A stretch of 64,000 bases of DNA, taken from positions 200,386,001 to 200,450,000 of the forward strand of contig NC_086100.1 of the NCBI RefSeq assembly GCF_963921235.1, in the 5' to 3' direction. The first letter of the stretch is position 1. Every line of letters starts with the position of its first letter. Of the stretch, positions 25,307-38,651 are shown in pieces. The notes below the pieces were generated by a model. The model did no database searches. It was given only the letters and a program-made list of their open reading frames with translations, and was not told the DNA's origin. A program made the translations under genes and the position numbers. This DNA comes from Mobula hypostoma. Taxonomy: Eukaryota.

Positions 25307-26293
25307 ATGATGTCTAAGAACAAGATTAAAAAGTCCGCTCAGAAGGCTGATAAACACAAAGAGATGCAGCAAGGCGACGGGCCTAGCTCCCACACAGCAA
25401 GCCAGGACGGAGATAATGAGGGGGAATCGGTGACTCTGTCTTTGATTCTCGGAGAGATTCGCGAGTTCCGACAAGATAACAGCAAACAGCTGGAAGATAT
25501 TAAAGGAGAAATAGTAAAAACTAACTCGTGGATAGATGAAGCTGAAGCGAGGATTGTTGGAATTGAAGAGAAGCTACAAAACGCCGAGCAAGTGATAGCA
25601 GAAATGCTGAAGCTACAAGACCAGCTCCAGTGGAAACTAATAGATTAAGAAGGCCGCTCGAGAAGGGAAAATGTGAGGATCTACGGAGTTCCCGAAGGAA
25701 CCGAAGGTAAACCCGGATTGATGATTCCCTTCGTGGAGAAGCTGCCTAGAGAGAACCTTGATATACCGGCCGCAAAAGACCTACAGGTAGAAAGGGCTCA
25801 CCGCGCGTTGGCACCACAGCCTCCGGCAGGCGCCCAGCCCAGATCGATTCTGGTCAGATTTCTCAGTTACAGAACGAACGAAGAGGTGCTTAAAAGAGCA
25901 TGGCAAAAGAAAGGTTTCATGTGGAACAACTGCAAAATCAGTTTAGACCACGACTACGCACCGGGGATTCTTGCCAGACGGAAGGAATATACGGAAACAC
26001 GGAGAGTCCTGAAGGAAAACAACATCAGATTCCAGACCCTGTATCCAGCTCGGCTGAGAGTCTTTTACGACGAAGGGACAAAAACTTACGCTACGGTGGA
26101 GGAGGCAACGTTGGACCTGGCGGACCGGGGACTACCTATTAAAGTTGTCACCCAACCGGAGTTGCTACTGGAGAGGATTCGGCAGAAGTCGTGGCAGTTA
26201 GTGGGGCGAGGACGCTCCACTCGAACCAGAGTGTCAAACTACAAGGAAAAGCTGCAAATATTCAGACGCGAATGTACAGAGAATACAGATTAA
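25307..26293 (+). pseudogene. L1 ORF1p, copy 2 (same stop)
   Basis: Identical translation. Confidence 0.9.
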
Positions 26294-26655
26294 TTAAGAG
26301 AAATGACTGAAAAGAGTAAATCGGACTTAAAAGTAAAATGAAAACTGGTAACTGAAAATAATCTAGGCGGAATAACTTGAATGATAGCAATATGGTCGAG
26401 ACATAAATAGGAGAAAATTCTCTATGATTATTCAAACTGCTGAGGGCCCTCTAACACAGGGTGAAGATAGAGGTTATCCCTCTGAACTGAGGCGGGTCAG
26501 TGCTCAGGCCTCACTGTGGGAAGTCGGGGAAAATTTTCAAATGTTATACGTTCAGAAATGTCTAGGGTGTGGTTATATGTCTTGGTTTACTGTTGAGAAG
26601 GGATTGCTTACTGTTTGGTTAGAAAAGGAGAGTGCTTTTTTTCTACTAGAGAAAA

Positions 26656-29600
26656 ATGCAAACTGAATTGGTAAAAATAATTTCCTATAATGTTAATGGG
26701 GTTTTGAATCCAATTAAAAGAAATAAGATTATGTCTAAATTGAAAAAAGAGAGGGCACAAATAGCTTTCCTCCAGGAAACACATATGAGCCAATCTGAAC
26801 ATGGAAAATTAACAAGAATGGGCTTTAAGCATGTATTTTATTCATCATATAAATTGAGTCACAAAAGAGGGGTAGCTACTTTAATATCAAGTACTCTTAA
26901 TTATGAACATATTTCAGAGACTAGAGACAAAGAAGGACGGTTTGTAAAAATCACAGGAAGAATAGAAGGTACAGAAATAACATTGCTGAATGTTTATGCT
27001 CCTCCAGGTAGTGAATGGTCATTTTATAGACACATTTTTGACCTAATGGTCAGTTCTCGAGGGGTAGTAATTTGTGGAGGGGATTTTAATATTAGATTAA
27101 ATCCTATATTAGATTCTTCAAGAATTGTTACTCAGAATAAACCTCTGACTCGGAAAGTGAATTCATTGATGGAGGAGTTGGGAATTATAGATGTCTGGAG
27201 GGAATTACACCCTACTAGTAAAGATTATACATACTACTCTTTCCCTCATTCAGCCTATTCAAGGATAGACTATTTCTTTATCTTTAATACAGATAGACTC
27301 AGGATAAAAAACTGTAATATTGCAACAATTGATCTGTCGGATCATAGCCCAGTCTCTATGTCTCTAATCCTGGAAAGGAAAATGAGGAAAACACTATGGA
27401 GGCTAAACTCACATATACTCAATAACCCGAAAGTAATGGAGAGATTAAGGGGAGAAATCAAAGAATATCTAGACCTTAATGACACGGGAGAAACATCACC
27501 AGTGATTTTATGGGATACATTGAAAGCTGTACTGAGAGGGAAAATTATTTCCATTACTACTCACATGAAAAAAATCAATGCACAAAAATTAGCAGACCTT
27601 CAAGGAAAATTAAAACAACTTCAAGTTGTAGATAGCAACAAAAGTAATTCAAATCGAAAACAGGAAATTAGGAAATTGCAAAGTGAAATTGATGATATTT
27701 ATACGTTGGAAACTCAAAGAAATTTTCTTTACCTGAGACAAAAGAATTATGAAGTAAGTAAATCAGCTAGATTATTAGCATATAAATTACGAAAACAACA
27801 AGCAGACAATACAATTCATAAAATAAAGAATCCAAAGACAAAGCTTGTGGAGAGTACAATAGGGAAAATTCAAGAGAGTTTTGAAACATATTATCGAGAG
27901 CTGTACTCCCAACCCCGGGCCCCCAATGTGCCCTATATAGACAGTGTATTGAATTTTTTAGATCTACCTAAACTTACAGATTTACAAAATGAAAGTTTAT
28001 TAGAACCAGTAACTGTCAAAGAACTGAATGTGGCCATCTCTAGGTTAAAGGCTGGAAAGTCCCCGGGTTCTGATGGGTTTACCTCAGAGTGGTACAAGTC
28101 CCTGAAGACACAGTTAGCCCCATTACTACTTAACACCTTTAATTGGATCTTGCAGAGAGGAGAAACTCCACCTTCCTGGAGAGAAGCGATTATTTCGGTT
28201 ATTCCTAAAGAGGGTAAAGATAAACTAGAATGTGGCAATTATTGGCCAATTAGTGTTCTTAATTTAGATTACAAACTATTTACATCTATATTAGCGCGCA
28301 GATTGGAAAAGCTTTTACCTGGCCTAATCCATTTAGACCAGACTGGATTTATTCAACAAAGACAAACACAGGACAACATAAGGAGAACTCTGCACATATT
28401 AGAACAGGTTAATAAGAACGAGACAGAGACAATGGTAGTAGGATTGGACGTTGAGAAAGCTTTTGATTTGATTAGTTGGGCATTCCTATACAGAGTGTTA
28501 GGAAGATTCGGCTTTCAAGAAAGGTTTATTAAAGTAATTCAGACTCTATATGACAGCCCTACAGCCCGAATTAAGATAAATGGGGACCTCTCTGACTCCT
28601 TCATTTTAGAGAGAGGCACTAGACAGGGATGCCCAATTTCTCCTCTCCTTTTTGCGCTATATATTGAACCACTTGCCCAACTAATAAGACAGAGCGAAAT
28701 CGTAAAAGGTATCAAGGTGGCAGGGATTGAACAGAAAGTGGCGTTATTCGCAGATGATGTTTTGGTCTATCTGAGTGAACCAGAAAAATCATTTATAGGA
28801 TTGTTTACACTGTTGGATGACTTTGGGAAAATATCAGGTTATAAAATAAATGTAAAGAAAATGCAGGTTATGTCCTTAAATTATACACCATCCAAAAAAT
28901 TGCAGGATACATACGATCTTAAGTGGGAAGCTAAATCATTAAAATATTTAGGAATAACCCTGCCGAAGGATCTTTCAACACTGTCACAGGTAAATTATGG
29001 GCCATTAATCTCAGAGATAAAAGCAGATATGCATAGATGGAATCTTATCCCCTTTTTAAGTTTAAATTCAAGGATAAATACTATAAAGATGAATATTCTT
29101 CCTCGGTTATTATATCTTTTCCGTACTTTACCAGTGGAGGTGGATGATAATCAATTCAGGGAATGGGACAAATGGATTTCCCGCTTCATTTGGCAAGGAA
29201 GGAAACCTAGAATTCGATATAACACCTTACAGTTAGGGAAGGAAGGAGGAGGTATGGTTCTTCCTTGCCTGAGAAATTATTTTTATGCCTCACAGATAAC
29301 CCCTCTGTTATATTGGTGTAATAGGGAATATAAGGCTAGATGGAAGGAAATAGAATTTGGATTAGTTGACAGTTTTCCTCTTCAGGCCTCAATAGCTGAC
29401 AAAGGATTGATGGCCAGTTGGAAAAATTTAATAATGCTTGGATAAATCTTACATTAAAAGTATGGCAGAAGGTGGTTAATTCATGTGGAATTAATAACAT
29501 GTTAAAACTCTTTAGATGATGTGCATATGATACCGAATTCCTTCCCAACAGAGGAGATAAAAGATTTGAGCTATGGATAAAGAAAGGTCTTACAACCTAC

Positions 29601-30440
29601 CTCTCATTTATAGATAAAAGAGTATTACAAAGTTTCCAAATCCTGCAGGACAAACATGGCCTAGAACATAATGACTTTTTTAGGTACCTTCAAATACAAA
29701 ACTATGTTAACCAGAGTTGTAGATATACAGACCTATCAACAGTAGAATTAGAATTTTTCAAGATTCTGAATTCGGCTTGCAGTTCAATACCTAGTAAATC
29801 AGTTTCTCGCCTATATAATGCACTCTCCCATGCTAAAAATGTAAATACACTGTATATTAAAGAGAAGTGGGAGAAAGAAGCGGGGTTGGTACTTTCAGAG
29901 GAGGCTTGGGGGAAAATCTGCTGCTTTCAATGGTCCTCGACTAATTCTTTGACTTGGAGAGAACATTGTTGGAAAAACATTATAAGATACTTCAAGACCC
30001 CATATCAGGAAAAATATAAAGATACAAATGTGATGTGTTGGAGAAGGTGCGGCTCCAAGGAGGCAAATTATTTTCATATTTTCTGGGATTGCCCTAAATT
30101 AAGTCTATTTTGGGAAGGTATTCATAGAACATTAGTTAAGGTACTTAGGTCCCAGATACCTCTGAACTTTGAGACGCTCTATTTGGGGCATGTATTGTTC
30201 CTTGAACAGAAGGAAGATATAAAGTTGCTGCAGGCCCTCTTAGCGGCAAGTAAGAAATCAATCACTAGAAAATGGCTAAATCCAATACCACCTACATTAG
30301 AAGATTGGTACGAAATTATCTTGGAAATATTTAAAATGGAAAAGTTGACCTACTCCCTGAGAACTCAAAAAGAAACATTTTATCAAATCTGGAATAAATG
30401 GATTGAATATATAACCCCAATGCGAGCAGACTTTAGATGA
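26656..30440 (+). pseudogene. L1 ORF2p, copy 2
   Basis: 929-aa ORF 26656-29445 plus C-terminal ORF 29886-30440. Confidence 0.93.
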
Positions 30441-30991
30441 CTCTCCTAATGATTTATATTGCTCTTCTCATCAACACAGTAATATTGCTAACGTAAGCAC
30501 CCCTCGTCTAAATGTTTGTTTTTTTTTTGGAAAATAGAGAATTAACACAAGTAAAGGGAAAGATTTGGGAAAGGGATAAAAAAAAATGAAAAAATTAAGT
30601 AAATAAGTACATAGGGATTGGATAATTATGTCTGCGGGCAGGAACAAGCACGAACAAATTTGGATATAAACACCTACAATGGTTGGTATATAGGCTTGTA
30701 TGCAACATTTTGGACCAGTGGAAATGGTCCAGAAGGGTTGTATGGAAACTATTATTACCATTTTTCTTAACAACTAATTTCATTACTTAGCCTAATAGGT
30801 TAGATTTACCACAGTACATAATTATCTATTTAAATGTTTATTTTCCTTTTATATCATCTCAATGTGTACTTAAGAATGTATAAATAATTGTAGTTTTATA
30901 CATATAAAAAAATGGAAAAGGTGATATGTGTGAAAAAAGTACATCATAATTGTGAATTCCTTATCCAAATAAAAATAAAATTAAAAAAAAA

Positions 30992-31790
30992 GATTATGTT
31001 GGTCTCTTACCGTTCACCCCTGGAGGGTAAAAATATATTCTGGTAGTAATAGATAACTTTACGAAGTAGGTGGAAGCTTTCCCGGCTAAGACAAACACCG
31101 CAAAGGCCACTGCAAAAATCTTACTGGAAAGGATATTTACTCACTGAGGATTACCCCAGAGTATCGAATCGGATCAAGGCACACATTTCACGGCCCAGAT
31201 AATGCAAGGCGTCATGGCACTTTTAGGGATCAAGCAGAGATTTCATATACCCTATAGACCACAGTCCAGTGGAATTGTGGAAAGGATGAATTGAACACTG
31301 AAAAATATGATTGCAAAAATGGTGCAACAACATGGCAAGTAGTTTTGCCTCATGCCTTGATGATTATAAGGAATACAGTGACATCTTCAAATGGTTACAC
31401 CCCTGATAAACTCATGACCGGAAGGGACATGAGAGGATTGGAGGAGTTGTTAGGATTAGATATCTCAGAACCCGAAATCGATGGGATTGTGTCAGAAAAG
31501 TGGGTATAACAATTGGTAGAGACAGTGAAAGAGGCCAATTATGTTGCAGCCCACCAAAGGGAAAGAAAAGGCAAAAGAGTAAAGCCTACTTTGACTCAAA
31601 AGTCAGTCCCATAGAAATAAGCCCAGGACAAAGAGTGATGATTAGAATACACCAACCCACCTCATTTTTAAATCCAAGATTTGCAGGGCCTGATGAAATT
31701 ATAGGCAAAGCAAATCCTTCAGTGCACTAAAGTGCTGACTTCTCCAGATAAAAGTGGGTGGTACCATAGCAACCAGCTGAAATTGGTGGG
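30992..31790 (+). pseudogene. pol: pol: integrase catalytic core and C-terminus (after the L1)
   Basis: DYVGLLP...YILVVIDNFTK*VEAFP...ESDQGTHF...PYRPQSSGIVERMN; PRFAGP (GPY/F-like). Confidence 0.88.
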
Positions 31791-32258
31791 GGAGAGACAG
31801 AATGTTATCACCATTGGCACATAACAATTGACGTACTTGATAGTCCTGATTTGGGATACTTGAGGATGGAACAACTGTTCCAAGAAGATGGGGACAGATC
31901 CTATCAAGGGAATGATTTTCAGTCCCCTCATCCTGAGAATCAGGGAAGTTTTGTCAAAAAAAATCAAAGGAAAAGGAAGATAAGACAGTGCTTGTCCCTC
32001 CCATGCTGAAATGGAACTGGGTGAGAAAAGACGAACAGCTTGAGTCCAAAGAAATTTGGGAGCCTAGACTGGACGCGTTAGAAAAATAGATAGAAAATAT
32101 GGATTTAAAATAATTTAAGATGTAAACTGGAGATAAGAGCAGATATTACCCTTGTGCGTTACAGGTATACTTCAACAAGAAGAGAATAATGTATCTTGTT
32201 GGATGGAGAGGAGGATAATGATCCTAAAATATTTATCTTTGGATCAAGAGGAGGGAGA

Positions 32259-33092
32259 TGTTGGCCAGAAGAAACTACAGTCTGATCAAGGACAGGGGAA
32301 GCAGACAAGCCAGTTGTCTGTTTCCCCCATTCTGTGGACTCTGAACAGTTTCTTGCTCTTGGATAATCTAATCTGAGCAACTGAATGTGGACACAGGAAG
32401 CTTCAGGTAATGATCTGCTAATTCTGAGACCATTCTCAAACAAGTAGCCATTTGTGATGTAAAGAGAATGCACTCTGAATTGCTCTGGGTCAATCTAATC
32501 AGAGTAATAAACCTGAGACCATTCTCTGAGGAGTAGTGACTTGTTATGTAAAATGCCAGACCTGCAATTGGTAATCTCATTGGACTCTGTCTGGGCTGCC
32601 TCATTTAACTGGTGTGGACCAGTCAGAGTGTAAGGACACAAATACACAAGGCTGGGGTGGGCAGAGCCACGAAACAATGTTGGCTGTAGCCCTGTACAAT
32701 GACCAGTAAGCGGGTGACCCAGGTAGGTCAGGTGAGATTGAGCCAATGAGATGGAGATTCAATGGTTCAATTGATCAGGAACAGTACAAGACTCAGGAGC
32801 TCAAATACACAGGGGCGATAACTCTCCAGCAGCCAGAGACCAACCATTGCGGATAAGGAGGACCCCACGGACACGTGGAGACCGGGACCATGAGGAACCT
32901 GGCCAGCGTAGACTACTTTCCTGGGTAATATCCTTTTCTCTTCATTGATTGTTCCTGGAGGGTCAGGAATTCTAGTAGGTTGCACACGGAGACTGTTTGT
33001 GAAGCCATGTGTTTTTAGTTGAAATGATAATGGTTACTTGTCAATAAATACAGATTCTCTCTGCCTTATTACAAGGGGCAATTCTTGTAACA
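32259..33092 (+). repeat. 3' LTR, copy B
   Basis: Same as 8458-9291, with one substitution seen at ~32332. Confidence 0.8.
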
Positions 33093-35016
33093 CCATGGTT
33101 TCCACATCCTTCCTGTAGTGAGGCGACCAGAACTGAGCACAGTACTCCAAGTGGGGTCTGACCAGGGTCCTATATAGCTGCAACATTACCTCTCGGGTCC
33201 TAAACTCAATCCCACGATTGACGAAGGCCAATATACTGTATGCCTTCTTAACCACAGAGTCAACCTACATAGCTGCATTGAGTGTCCTATGGACTTGGAC
33301 CCCAAGATCCCTCTGATCCTCCACACTGCCAAGAGTCTTACTGTTAATACTATATTCTGCCGTCATATTTGACGTACCAAAATGAACCACTTCACACTTA
33401 TCTGGGTTGAACTTCATCTGCCACCTCTCAGTCCAGTTTTCCATCCTATCAATGTCCTGTTGTAACCTCTGACAGCCCTCCACACCATCCACAACGGCCC
33501 AACCTTTGTGTCATCAGCAAATTTACTAACCCATCCCTCCACATCCTCATCCAGGTCATTTATAAAATTCACAAAGAGTAGGGGTCCCAGAACAGATCCC
33601 TGAGGCACACTACTGGTCACCGGCCTCCATGCAGAATATGACTCATCTCCAACCACTCTATGCTTTCTGTGGGCAAGCCTTTTCTGGATCCACAAAGCAA
33701 TGTCCCCTTGGATCCCATGCCTCCTTACTTTCTCAATAAGCCTGGCATGGGGGACCTTGTCAAATGCCTTGCTGAAATCCATATCTACTGCTTCTATGGC
33801 TTTACCTTTATCAATGTGTTTAGTCACATCCTCAAAAAATTCAATCAGGCTCGTAAGGCACGACCTGCCCTTGACAAAGCCATGCTGACTATTCCTAATC
33901 ATATTATACCTCTCCAAATGTTCATAAATCCTGCCTCTCAGGATCTTCTCCATCAACTTACCAACCACTGAAGTAAGACTCACTGGTCTATAAATTTCTG
34001 GGCTATCTCTATTCCCTTTCTTGAATAATGGAACAACATCCGTAACTGTCTAATCCTCCGGAACCTCCCCCCGTCCCCATTGATGATGCAAAGATCATCG
34101 CCAGAGACTCATCACTTCCTACAGTAGCCTGGGGTACATCCCATCCGGTCCTGGTGACTTATCCAACTTGATGCTTTTCAAAAGCTCCAACACATCCTCT
34201 TTCTTAATATCTACATGCTCAAGTTTTTCAGTCCACCGTAAGTCATCCCTACAGATGCCAAGATTCCTTTCCATATCAATTACTGAAGCAAAGTATTCAT
34301 TAGGTAAACATAGAAACATAGAAAATAGGTGCAGGAGTAGGCCATTCAGCCCTTCGAGCCTGCACCGCCATTCAGTACGATCATGGCTGATCATCCAACT
34401 CAGAACCCTGTACCTGCCTTCTCTCCATACCCCCTGATCCCTTTAGCCACAAGGGCCATATCTAACTCCCTCTTAAATATAGCCAATGAACTGGCCTCAA
34501 CTGTTTCCTGTGGCAGAGAATTCCACAGATTCACCACTCTCTGTGTGAAGAAGTTTTTCCTCATCTTGGTCCTGAAAGGCTTCCCCTTTATCCTCAAACT
34601 GTGACCCCTCGTTCTGGACTTCCCCAACATCGGGAACAATCTTCCTACATCTAGCCTGTCCAATCCCTTTAGGATTTTATACGTTTCAATAAGATCCCCC
34701 CTCAATCTTCTAAATTCAAGTACTTATGCTGTCTCCTCTGGTTCCATACACACTTTTCCACTGTCAAACTTGATCGGTCCTATTCCCTCACGCCTTATCC
34801 TCTTGCCCTTCACATACTTGTAGAATGCCTTGAGGTTTTCCTTAATCCTGTCCACCAAGGCCTTCTCACAGTCCCTTCTGGCTCTCCTAATTTCATACTT
34901 AAACTCCTTCCTGCTAGCCTTATAATCTTCTGGATCTCTATTATTACCTAGTCTTTTGAACCTTTCGTACGCTCTTCTTTTCTTCTTGACTAGATTTACA
35001 ACAGCCTTTGTACACC
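33093..35016 (-). mobile_element. CR1 fragment with nested CR1, copy 2
   Basis: Identical ORFs. Confidence 0.9.
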
Positions 35017-38000
35017 ATGGTGCGTGGAATACACTGCCTGAGTCAGTGGTGGAGGCAGATACACTAGTGAAGTTTAAGAGACTACTAGACAGGTATATGG
35101 AGGAATTTAAGGTGGGGGCTTATATGGGAGGCAGAGTTTGATGATTGGCACAACAATGTGGGCCAAAGGGCCTGTACTCTGCTGTACTATTCTATGTTCT
35201 ATGTTTATCCTCTTTTGTTCAAGAGTGATGTTTGAGTGGCAATATCTGTTCTTGAACCTGGTGGTGTGAGTCATGAGGCTCCTGTACCTTCTACCTAATG
35301 GCAGCAGTGAGAAAAGAACGCGGCCTGGGTGGTGAGGATCTCTGATGATGGATGCTGTTTCTCTACAGCATTATTTCATGTAGATGTAAGTGCTTCTGGG
35401 TGATAGTCATTTAGACAGGTTACCATGCTCTTCTTGGGCGCTGGTACAGTTGAAGCCCGTTTGAAGCAGGCGGGTACGACGCACTGCCAGAGCAGGAGGT
35501 CGAAGATATCCAGGAATTCGCCAGGCAGTTGGTCAGCACGGGTCTTCAGTACTTGGCCTGGTACTCCATCCAGACCGGATGCTTTCCTTGGGTTCACTCT
35601 CTTGAAGGCAGCCCACATGTCATCTTCAGATACTGAGGCCAAAGGATCATGGGGAGACATGGGGGTGTGCGATGGTTCCTCCCTGTTCTGGTGGTCAAAG
35701 AATGCATAGAAGGCATTGAGCTCATTTGGAAGTGAAGTTCTGCTGTTCCCTATGTTGCAAAATTTAATTTTGTACGAGGTTATGGCTTTCAAAACCTGCC
35801 ACAGCTGTCGAGCATCCCTCGTTGATTCCAGTCTAGTCTGGAATCTCCAGCTGCCAGAGAAAGTGGTGGATGTGGAGTCAATTTTGGATGGGAGTGGTAA
35901 GGAGATCTATGGTGCATATGTGGGTTGATAGGATGAGGCTCAACACAGACTCAAAGGGCTGAAGGGCCTGTTTCTGTGCTCTAACGTACAATGACTCTCA
36001 GAGAAACGTACCGAAAAAATGTGGCAAATGTTCAGGGGAACTTTTTGTGGGGTTATGAGTAGGTACATTCCAATGAGACATGGGAAAGGTGGTAGGGTAC
36101 AGGAACTGGTACCTGATGAGGAACTGACCTGGACGAGGAAGTGGAGGGATGGGTTAGTAAATTTGCTGATGACACAAAGCTTGGGGGTGTTGTGGATAGT
36201 GTGGAGGCTGTCAGAGCTTACAACGGGGCATTGATAGGATGCAAAACTGGGCTGAAAAGTGGTAGGTGGAGTTCAACCCAGATACAGTTAAGTGTGAGTT
36301 GGTTCATTTTGGTCTGTCAAAAATGATAGCAGAATATAGTATTAATGGTAAGACTCCTGGCAGTGTAGGGGATCAGAGGGATCTTGGGGTCCGAGTCCAC
36401 AGGACACTCAAAGCTGCTGTGCAGGTTGACTCTGTGGTTAAGAAGGCATACGGCGTATTGGCCTTCATCAGTCGTGGGATTGAGTTTAAGAGCTGAGAGG
36501 TAATGTTGCAGCTATATAGGACCCTGGTCAGACCCCACTTTGAGTACTGTGCTCAGTTCTGGTCACCTCACGACAGGAAGGATGTGGAAGCCGTAAAAAG
36601 GGTGCGAGGAGATTTCCAAGAATTCTGCCTGGATTGGGGAGCATGCCTTATGAGAATAGGTTGAGTGAACTCGGCCTTTTCTCCTTGGATCAACGGAGGA
36701 TAAGAGGTGACCTGATAGAGGTGTATAAGATGATGAGAGGTATTGATCGTGTGGATAGTCAGAGGCTTTTCCCCAGAGCTGAAATGGCTAACATGAGAGG
36801 ACATTTTTAAGGTCCTTGGAAGTAGGTACAGAGGAGATGTCAGGGGTAAAGTTATGCCCCTCGTATTAGCCACTTCACCCTGAGGAAAAGTCTTTTACAA
36901 AGATGCTCAATGTAGATCTGATAAATAAATGTGAATGTCTGGGAGCTTTGGGAAGAAATGTATAAAAAGGTGCCGGACAAGATCACCGACAGCACTGACT
37001 CCGGAGACAACCAGTGAAGAAGACCCTGAGTCAGGGACTCGGAAAAGAACTCACGGTGAACCTTGGCCAGGTTCATCTGGGGTGGGGAACACCTGAACGG
37101 GGCGCTGGGTTTTGGGAGTTGTGAAAGTAAACTAAAGAGTTAACGTTTGAATTGTGTAATTACCCCTTGAACAAATCCTGATCAATAAAGACAACAGTTA
37201 TTGGGCAGTCATCGTCTGGTATGTTCTATCATGTGTTGTCTTTAACTGGGAATAGGGTTCACCAGTGAAGTTCACTTTGTGATCAGAAAGCCGTGGAAAT
37301 GTCGAGCTAAATGTGAGACAAAAGACAACAGTCCAATCCTAGAGGATGTACATTCAAGTGGGGTGGGGGTAGAGTTTAAAGGAGATGTGTCCGAGATTCA
37401 GTATGTGGGAGAGAGGCCAGAAGCAGGGAGTGAACAAGATTCTCGTCACTCGGGACCAGTTGGAATTTTTACATTCCCATTATCTAATGATTCACGGCTG
37501 GAGGTACAACTGGCGGCTGTGACCTTGCTGAGTTCAAAAAGGTCAACGTTTCAGAACTTGTTCCTGTGGAAATACAGACATACTCCAGAATATCAGAGTA
37601 CGCTTCTGATAACATTCCACCATCCATACCCTCCCTGATCTATACCAATGAGTAATATTTATTTAGGATCTCTCTCAGACTGCTGTGACCTTGCTGTGTT
37701 CACAAAAGGTCAACGTTTCAGAACTTGTACCTGTGGAAATGACTCTTTGTTGTTCTGGGCCCAGATATCACTGTGACTCTGTAACTGCGCTCAAGTCTGG
37801 AATGCTGAATGGGTCGACTGGAATTAAATCTACCTCGTTACGATCTTGCCCTTTATTTATCTACAATGCACTTTCTCTGTAGCTGTTACACTTTATTCTG
37901 CATTCAGTGACAAACAAGAGAAAATCTGCAGATGCTGGAAATACAATCAAATGTGTGTTCTGCATTCAGTTATTGTTTTACATTGATCTACCTCAATGCA

Positions 38001-38651
38001 CTGTGAAAAAGTGTTATACAAACTCTAAGGTCTTCGGGTGGATACGTCACCTGGGCCACATTGTTTGTCAATGATTTAGATAATGGCATTCGCAAACACG
38101 AGGAAATCTGCAGATGCTGGAATTTCAAGCAACACACATAAAAGTTGCTGGTGAACGCAGCAGGCCAGGCAGCATCTCTTGGAAGAGGTATAGTCAATCT
38201 TTCAGGTTGAGACCCTTCGTCTCTTCCTAGAGATGCTGCCTCCTCCTGCGTTCACCAGCAACTTTTATCTGGAAAATGGAATTGATAGCTTTGTGGCAAA
38301 GTTTGCAGGTGATATGAAGATAGGTGGAGGGGTAGGTAGTACTAAGGAAGCAATGCGATTGCAGCAGGACTTAGACAAATTGAAAGGATGGGCAAAAAAA
38401 GTGGCAGGTGGAATACAGTGTTAGGAAATGTATGATAATGCATTTTGGTAAAAAGAACAATAGTGCAGACCATTATCTAAATGGGGAGAAGGTTCAAACA
38501 TCAGGGGTGCAGAGGGACTTGGGAGTCCTCGTGCAAGACTCCCAGAAGGTTAATTTACAGGTTGAGTCTGTGGTAAAGAAGGCAAATGCAATGTTGGCAT
38601 TTATTTCAAGGGGAATAAAATGCAAAATCTAGGAGATAATGCTGAGCCTTT

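Larger units (their letters stand above)
25168..30991 (+). mobile_element. Full-length L1/Tx1-clade LINE, copy 2
   Basis: Same TSD and ORFs at +23801. Confidence 0.95.
21110..33092 (+). mobile_element. Decayed retrovirus-like LTR element (spuma/loki-like pol, dual RNase H), copy B, 5'-truncated, with L1 inserted in integrase
   Basis: Order gag-PR-RT-RH-RH-IN-PPT-LTR, with many stops and frameshifts. Confidence 0.88.
13049..36849 (+). repeat. Complete array unit (23,801 bp)
   Basis: Bounded by the identical junction aggggtaa|agttatgcccctc at 13048/13049 and 36849/36850. Confidence 0.93.

Noticed and set aside
8458..33092. Two near-identical LTRs (8458-9291 and 32259-33092) flanking gag-pol, mimicking a 24.6-kb very young provirus
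   Set aside because: Both are the same 3' LTR copied by the tandem array. Each is preceded by the PPT and followed by the same CR1, with no PBS, so LTR-divergence dating would be invalid.
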